Source of the DNA: an uncultured virus (IMG/VR IMGVR_UViG_3300031839_001517)
Taxonomy: Duplodnaviria; Heunggongvirae; Uroviricota; Caudoviricetes
IMG/VR virus record: IMGVR_UViG_3300031839_001517
Length of the DNA stretch: 20,000 nucleotides
Strand: one strand, 5' to 3'
A program made the position numbers and the translations under genes. The notes beneath the pieces are model-generated. The model saw nothing but the letters and a program-made list of their open reading frames with translations. It made no database searches and was not told the origin of the DNA. Every line of letters starts with the position of its first letter. Within the stretch, counting starts at the first letter, position 1. This document shows positions 16,810 to 20,000 of the stretch, in pieces.

Positions 16810-17055
16810 TCATACTTTAATTCTATCAATGATATATGGGTGGTGCACGGACATGTCCTTGTACAACTTTTTCAAAATCTTCTTAGATATATCCCCGATA
16901 TCGTCTTTTATTTGCTTAGACTTGATGGCCTTAGCTACTTCATCTTCCACCATGGCCTTAAGCTCTTTCTTAACCATGGCTTTAACCGCGGCCTTATCGG
17001 CTTTTGTTAGTTCTTCCATGATTATTTCATGTAAGCGGTCTTCTGTAATCTGCAT
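16810..17055 (-). CDS. helical Lys/Ala-rich protein, possibly virion-internal
   Basis: MQITEDRLHEIIMEEL start; AGGA SD. Confidence 0.75.
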   Translation of the reverse strand: MQITEDRLHEIIMEELTKADKAAVKAMVKKELKAMVEDEVAKAIKSKQIKDDIGDISKKILKKLYKDMSVHHPYIIDRIKV

Positions 17056-17077
17056 GGTGGTTTTTCCTACTCTCTAA

Positions 17078-17329
17078 TTAGATACCTTTTTTCAAATACG
17101 CCAATTTAAGATTCAAACTTGCGGTATAGCACCGTATGTTTGCCCTGAGCCAGTACACGTCGTACAATGTATTGCCGTATACTGTATTGACCTCTGCAAC
17201 AACTATCCCGATATCGTTGTTCTCGACTACGTGATTGGATGCGGTTGGTATGCCTGGGTAGTAGAAGTACTCGACGTAGCGTACCAAGTCTCCTACTACA
17301 TACTCATCTGGTTTGTTTTTCTTACCCAC
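17078..17329 (-). CDS. small SH3/KOW-like protein (GTG start)
   Basis: YVVGDLVRY...IGIVV...YDVYW...LKL; TAGTTA-N4-GTG. Confidence 0.75.
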   Translation of the reverse strand: MGKKNKPDEYVVGDLVRYVEYFYYPGIPTASNHVVENNDIGIVVAEVNTVYGNTLYDVYWLRANIRCYTASLNLKLAYLKKGI

Positions 17330-17343
17330 ATTGTAACTATGCT

Positions 17344-17619
17344 CTAATCTGTAAAATTTTTAGGCGCGTAATTTTCGGCTGTGGTCCTTTTTAATCTTGA
17401 TATGGTATGCATCCATAACCTTTCCCTAATACCGGCGTGTGGGTACCTTAGCCACCAAATCTGGACCATATTCATTGGAGGGTAGTCGACTTCCTTCTCA
17501 TTAACGCCGTCAAATATACGAACTATGACGGCAAGGCCCCCATGACAACTGCACGTGACCAAGTCCCCGACTGCAAAGTCGTGAACAGGCGCCGTCTGAA
17601 ATAGCTCCCTGAATACCAC
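17344..17619 (-). CDS. small SH3/KOW-like protein (GTG start)
   Basis: FAVGDLVTC...LAVIV...VQIWW; TAGTTA-N4-GTG. Confidence 0.72.
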   Translation of the reverse strand: MVFRELFQTAPVHDFAVGDLVTCSCHGGLAVIVRIFDGVNEKEVDYPPMNMVQIWWLRYPHAGIRERLWMHTISRLKRTTAENYAPKNFTD

Positions 17620-17726
17620 ACTGTAACTACTACCCGGTATGGTTAAATCTCAAATTTTTACCGCGCGATTGAAAACAGGCTTAGCTGCCACATAGCCGTC
17701 ACAGCCGGCATAGAGACATACATCCC

Positions 17727-17754
17727 GGTAGGGGGGTAGGGGGGTACCCCTCCC
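17727..17754 (+). repeat. G-tract repeat GGTA-G6-TA-G6-TA-CCCCTCCC
   Basis: G6 at 17731-17736 and 17739-17744; palindrome GGGGTACCCC at 17741-17750. Confidence 0.85.
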
Positions 17755-17910
17755 ACATGTAAATCAATTGTCAATCATGACATGAACGATCTTGTGGGTA
17801 TGTAATATTAGTTCCTCTTAATACACACGCATAAACATATAACACTACTGGCGCATAAGATAATATTATTACACCTGTATCTAATAGTCTGTTTACTCTC
17901 GCTCTTAGTC

Positions 17911-18258
17911 TCATGCTTCCGCCACTTCTGTCACATCAAACATGTCTGGGTTGAGTACAATGAATGCATCATCTATATCTTGTTGGTGCTCTGCCATCCA
18001 GTCTGCCGCAGATGATGGTACAGTTAATGTAATATTACTTATGGTCTCGAGACTCTGCGACATGTCAGCACGTTCGATTATGCCTGACAGTATTAGTGAC
18101 TGCGTGTATACCCACGTATCGTTCACATCATACGGCAGGGCGTTGGATATTTCTAGCACAGTCCAGTGGGGATCGTCATCCTCCATCAGCAGGTGCAGCA
18201 AATCTATCTCAGGAGCGCAGAACTTAATGCCACCAATCGTTATCAAACATAAATCCAT
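17911..18258 (-). CDS. hypothetical acidic protein (115 aa)
   Basis: GAGG SD and dedicated sigma70 promoter. Confidence 0.75.
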   Translation of the reverse strand: MDLCLITIGGIKFCAPEIDLLHLLMEDDDPHWTVLEISNALPYDVNDTWVYTQSLILSGIIERADMSQSLETISNITLTVPSSAADWMAEHQQDIDDAFIVLNPDMFDVTEVAEA

Positions 18259-18277
18259 TTGTACTATCCTCGCTTAT

Positions 18278-18306
18278 ATCATAACACATCTCGCATCACT
18301 TGTCAA
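18278..18306 (-). promoter_or_regulatory. sigma70 promoter with extended -10
   Basis: TTGACA (18306-18301) - 17 nt - TATGAT (18283-18278), preceded by TGn. Confidence 0.82.
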
Positions 18307-18420
18307 GGTGTGAGTTACATGCGACAGCATGCTCTCGTAAGTCGTTGATATTGCTGGTGATACAGGCGCAGTGTAAGTGGTTGAGACAGCAGGACAATGT
18401 TGTAGCATACAATATACATG

Positions 18421-18449
18421 TTGACAAACCGTGATAGAGCATATATACT
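18421..18449 (+). promoter_or_regulatory. sigma70-like promoter opposite to gene orientation
   Basis: TTGACA (18421-18426) - 17 nt - TATACT (18444-18449). Confidence 0.6.
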
Positions 18450-18545
18450 AAGCCCAAACACAAACCAGCACACATATACAAACACATTAATAATACACTA
18501 CACTGTACACAAACATATCACTAAACGTACACAAGACACCATAAG

Positions 18546-18572
18546 CCACTTTATACCACTTTAATCCACTTT
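18546..18572 (+). repeat. three CCACTTT direct repeats with 10-bp period
   Basis: copies at 18546, 18556, 18566. Confidence 0.85.
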
Positions 18573-18729
18573 GCTATATAATCCTTCTACTACTGGTATG
18601 GCTACTAACTGTAAACACTTTAATGCATTGTTATATAATGTATAGTTATCCTCTCCTCTGTCTACTACCACACAATAAGAGCGTGTTCGTTTACGGTCTA
18701 TTGCTTTTCTTTTTACTAACTCTCCAACC

Positions 18730-19041
18730 TTAAACATTCTTACTGCCTAGTTCTTCCGCTTGCTCGGTCATCTTTGCCAAGTCAGCTACAGTCAACTTCT
18801 TATCTTTTCTATACTTGTTCTGCTCTCTGATGAGTTTATTATAACGCTTCTTATCGTACTCACACACATGCAGGTTCTCTATACCAAGTGCAGTTAGCTT
18901 TGACTTAAACAGTTTTATATTCTGTAGTCTCGCGGAGTCTTTGTCTACCTTAGCGTCAGCACGTGTTATCACTACCTCTCGGCAGGTCAGGCGACCGTCA
19001 ACGACTTCGACAATAGTTTGAGAGATGTAATACTTTGACAT
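18730..19041 (-). CDS. hypothetical basic protein (103 aa)
   Basis: ORF co-oriented with neighbours. Confidence 0.7.
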   Translation of the reverse strand: MSKYYISQTIVEVVDGRLTCREVVITRADAKVDKDSARLQNIKLFKSKLTALGIENLHVCEYDKKRYNKLIREQNKYRKDKKLTVADLAKMTEQAEELGSKNV

Positions 19042-19239
19042 AATAAATGGAGAGTCTTTGTTTATGGTCGCGCTCTACTCGACTATGCTGGATCGGCTTC
19101 TATATTTATAAGGCTGGCGGCTCTCCTATTATTCCAGCAGGTTTGTTAGGAGGGTGGCTAATCCTCTTAGAGCCGTTGGTGGGGGGTTTTCATTTTCTTT
19201 GACCTCTCGCGCTTTGCGCTTTACGGGCTAGGTGTGATA

Positions 19240-19323
19240 TTAAACTGCCATCATAAGAATAAGAATACCTGTCCAGAGGAAGGCACCAAGAGCATCGACG
19301 ATTTTATCTTCTGTACTGTACAT
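19240..19323 (-). CDS. possible membrane peptide (27 aa)
   Basis: MYSTEDKIVDALGAFLWTGILILMMAV begins 1 nt after upstream stop, with GGAGG upstream. Confidence 0.45.
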   Translation of the reverse strand: MYSTEDKIVDALGAFLWTGILILMMAV

Positions 19324-19324
19324 C

Positions 19325-19660
19325 TTAAATGCCCTCCCCATCTTTGAGTGCTGCAAGAGCGAGCTTATCATCCTCGGTCAAGTGCTCTTTGTTCTTCTTG
19401 CGAAGGCTTGCCGCGCTCATGCGGGTTGGGTTCTTGTGCTCTGCGTTACAGCCAGCAGCGAATGACTCAGCCCAAGAAGGATCAGGGAAGTCCATGACAG
19501 CTTGCTTGCCTTGCGTGGTGGAGTTGCGGAAGACAACCCACATTTGCGGACCAACTTGCTCAACGGTCCAGCCGGTGAGTTGCTTGCGTGTTGGCGGAGC
19601 CGGCGCAGGCTTGTAGGTTCTTTTGGTTTGAATCTTGAGTTGGTCGATTGCTCTTTGCAT
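19325..19660 (-). CDS. hypothetical early protein (111 aa)
   Basis: AAGGAG SD at 19674-19669 and sigma70 promoter. Confidence 0.85.
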   Translation of the reverse strand: MQRAIDQLKIQTKRTYKPAPAPPTRKQLTGWTVEQVGPQMWVVFRNSTTQGKQAVMDFPDPSWAESFAAGCNAEHKNPTRMSAASLRKKNKEHLTEDDKLALAALKDGEGI

Positions 19661-19688
19661 TGATATATCTCCTTACTTGATATACTAT

Positions 19689-19717
19689 ATTATACACTAA
19701 AAATGGGGGAAAGTCAA
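19689..19717 (-). promoter_or_regulatory. sigma70 promoter
   Basis: TTGACT (19717-19712) - 17 nt - TATAAT (19694-19689). Confidence 0.88.
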
Positions 19718-19739
19718 CAACTAAGTTGTCAAGAGAATG

Positions 19740-19964
19740 TTAGTCGTTACAACAATCGGGGTGTTCCCAGTTCGCGACTTGCCAATCGCTGATTTCCTCA
19801 TTGGCGTGCAGGTCATCAATGAAGCTGCTCCATGCCTCGGAGCGTGCAACGGTGTCAGGGTAGCCCATGAGTTGCTCGCCCTCTTGGAACATCGGAAGGA
19901 TGCTGTCAGTAAACTGATTAACAGCATCGGAATAAAGGGTAACGGTGTCGAGTTGTGTAGCCAT
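19740..19964 (-). CDS. small acidic phage protein (D..AR.EAW..F.D.L...I...Q...W..P pattern)
   Basis: AGGAG SD; TGGTATAAT extended -10 at 20000-19992. Confidence 0.8.
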   Translation of the reverse strand: MATQLDTVTLYSDAVNQFTDSILPMFQEGEQLMGYPDTVARSEAWSSFIDDLHANEEISDWQVANWEHPDCCND

Positions 19965-20000
19965 GATGGTTTTCTCCTATTTGGTATAACCATTATACCA

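Noticed and set aside
18296..18487. 63 aa Cys-rich minus-strand ORF
   Set aside because: It derives from low-complexity TG-rich sequence, lacks an SD and overlaps two promoters.
19086..19179. HDV-like or theta ribozyme
   Set aside because: The P1/P2 crossing and the GG after P1 are suggestive, but I could not form P3/L3 or place the catalytic C directly before P2'.
522..19616. Plus-strand ORFs in the track (e.g. 2796..3569, 4215..4736, 8187..8561)
   Set aside because: They are antisense shadows of well-supported minus-strand genes, Ser/Phe-rich and without recognisable motifs.
1..20000. CRISPR array or stop-codon reassignment
   Set aside because: No repeat-spacer periodicity was seen; genes are intact under the standard code and use TAA, TAG and TGA as stops.

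Overview
Fragment of a large tailed-phage genome (inferred from dense, almost all minus-strand short genes, phage-type modules and no cellular housekeeping operons). It holds a complete one-piece tmRNA (247-579, tag ANNNLHFEQRLAA) ending a sigma70-driven Fis-like HTH / TlpA lipoprotein operon. It also encodes an RNA-ligase-like (KxDG) plus HxGH nucleotidyltransferase fusion, a zincin, a HAD phosphatase, a PGDYG-type protein, an SNase-like nuclease, a NUDIX hydrolase, a trypsin-like protease, a VWA lipoprotein and about six small SH3/KOW-like paralogues. A homologue of the gliding protein CglF/GltF suggests a Myxococcota- or Bdellovibrionota-like host. Main novel signals: (1) a shared WxxF/Y(L/I/V)xE peptide on unrelated enzymes, resembling a capsid-targeting signal; (2) a TAGTTA-N4-GTG element before SD-less genes, suggesting a leaderless phage promoter; (3) an upstream ORF whose stop codon lies inside the tmRNA acceptor stem; (4) a low-coding block at 17.6-19.2 kb with G-tracts, a counter-oriented promoter, 10-bp phased repeats and a pseudoknot candidate. 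Family assignments come from motif recognition by eye; no searches were run.
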